A stretch of DNA of 64,000 nucleotides. Origin: Marsupella aquatica. Lineage: Eukaryota; Plantae; Marchantiophyta. The position numbers and the translations under genes are program-made. The first letter of the stretch is position 1. Each line of letters begins with the position of its first letter. Under the pieces are notes generated by a model. That model ran no database searches. It was given only the letters and a program-made list of their open reading frames with translations, and was not told the DNA's origin. This document shows, one piece after another, positions 63,105 through 64,000 of the stretch. The DNA is taken from the NCBI GenBank assembly GCA_973895155.1, contig OZ316895.1, positions 12,283,929 to 12,347,928 on the forward strand, written 5' to 3'.

Positions 63105-64000
63105 CTATATGATTTCGTTCAGGAAAGAATTGTACGTCTCGCTGTTTTCGAGGTCGTCGTTGAGACCTAAGTCTGTTAAGTTGTCTTGATCAAATGAGTC
63201 TAGGAATGAACTAAGTTTATCTTTCGAAGCGGGGCCCAAAGAGTCTTTGCCGCTGTTGCTGTTGCCAGCGCGGTGGCCGTGGTTGTGGTGGTCCCTCAAG
63301 CTTCTGGAATCTACGAACTGCGAGCTCCTGCTGGATGAGCGCTGTTGCGAGCCGGACGTAGTACATGTCTCTCGGCCACCGCCCGTGTTATGGTCGAGCT
63401 GGGGAGATGTTGACATGGGTCTGTCCGTGTCATCGTTCCTGACCGTATGCTGCTGTTGCTGCTGTCTTGATGAAGAAGGCGATGTTGAGGACGGCTCTCT
63501 GTCGTCTAAGCCCTTAACTGACATGCCTTGTCTTGGTGAATCTATAGATGAGCTGGGACTAACGGGTTGGCGAGGGGGTGCTTGCTGCTGCTGCTGCAAT
63601 TGGGCACTGATTAAACTCAATCTGGATGGTGAGGAAGAAGAACGGCCGGCATTGGACTCCGAAGATGTGACCGAAGGTAATTTAGAGAGAAGGTTATGTA
63701 AGCTGGACATGGACGGGAGTAATGATATTGAGCTCCCTGGATTCTGTCCAGTGTTGAGGGCTTTTGGAGGAGAAGGACACTCGGGTTGCAGCCCATTACT
63801 TTGTCTTGTGTCAAACCGGGGACTGCTACTGAAGTTCAAGCCCCCGCCCGGAGGCAGAAACCCATTTTCTCGGCCGGTTGTCAGCCCCAAAAGAGGATTG
63901 TCATTCTCCGGAGGGCGCTTGATCCCCAACACACCACTGCTCAGGAATTGTTGTTGTTGTTGTTTCGCGTGTTGTGCGTTGTTCTGAATGCGATACGGAT
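63105..64000 (-). CDS. Last coding exon of a probable RSS3-like (bHLH-MYC_N domain family) protein; gene continues beyond the window
   Basis: Frame is open from the window edge to the stop at 63105. Low-complexity S/Q-rich sequence contains LLPSMSSLHNLLSKLPSV, resembling the PSMSSL..LLSKLPSV motif I recall from RSS3/At1g60060-like proteins; ends with an acidic C-terminus (YNSFLNEII*). Confidence 0.6.
   Translation of the reverse strand, partial: PYRIQNNAQHAKQQQQQFLSSGVLGIKRPPENDNPLLGLTTGRENGFLPPGGGLNFSSSPRFDTRQSNGLQPECPSPPKALNTGQNPGSSISLLPSMSSLHNLLSKLPSVTSSESNAGRSSSSPSRLSLISAQLQQQQQAPPRQPVSPSSSIDSPRQGMSVKGLDDREPSSTSPSSSRQQQQQHTVRNDDTDRPMSTSPQLDHNTGGGRETCTTSGSQQRSSSRSSQFVDSRSLRDHHNHGHRAGNSNSGKDSLGPASKDKLSSFLDSFDQDNLTDLGLNDDLENSETYNSFLNEII

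Noticed and set aside
63247-63987. 246-aa plus-strand ORF (likewise 40666-41127 and 36472-36978 opposite VAL)
   Set aside because: Antisense shadows of real S/Q/G-rich coding exons; poly-Cys runs mirror poly-Gln codons.

Overview
Eukaryotic, intron-rich land-plant nuclear DNA; the organism cannot be identified from sequence alone (a non-seed plant is plausible but is inference). I assembled exon chains by hand from GT-AG boundaries and reading-frame phase. Recognisable genes: the last two exons of a Wali7/AILP1/TSJT1 (DUF3700) gene (135-634, +); a complete VAL/HSI2 B3-domain repressor (34705-41473, +, 13 coding exons); a highly divergent, truncated MEX1 maltose-transporter-like gene (44198-45457, +); a GH18 chitinase-domain protein CHID1 (46535-50357, -); a plastid DUF1995 protein (53719-57160, -); and the last exon of a probable RSS3-like gene (63105 to window end, -). 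The 2-31 kb region is rich in transposons: a degenerate Tork/Tnt1-type Ty1/copia element with AGGAT target-site duplication (7360-12199), LINE 3' fragments, a Helitron 3' end, a foldback element, several MITEs and local tandem duplications. The most unusual observations are the half-length MEX1 paralog, a hidden six-exon microexon gene candidate head-to-head with it, the copia element whose two ends do not form duplicated LTRs and which carries an ABRE/MYB/GTAC tandem array next to an ABRE-driven small hydrophilic gene, RY elements and GC-AG/3'UTR intron candidates at VAL, and a miRNA-like hairpin downstream of CHID1. Family assignments rest on remembered motifs; no database search was run.
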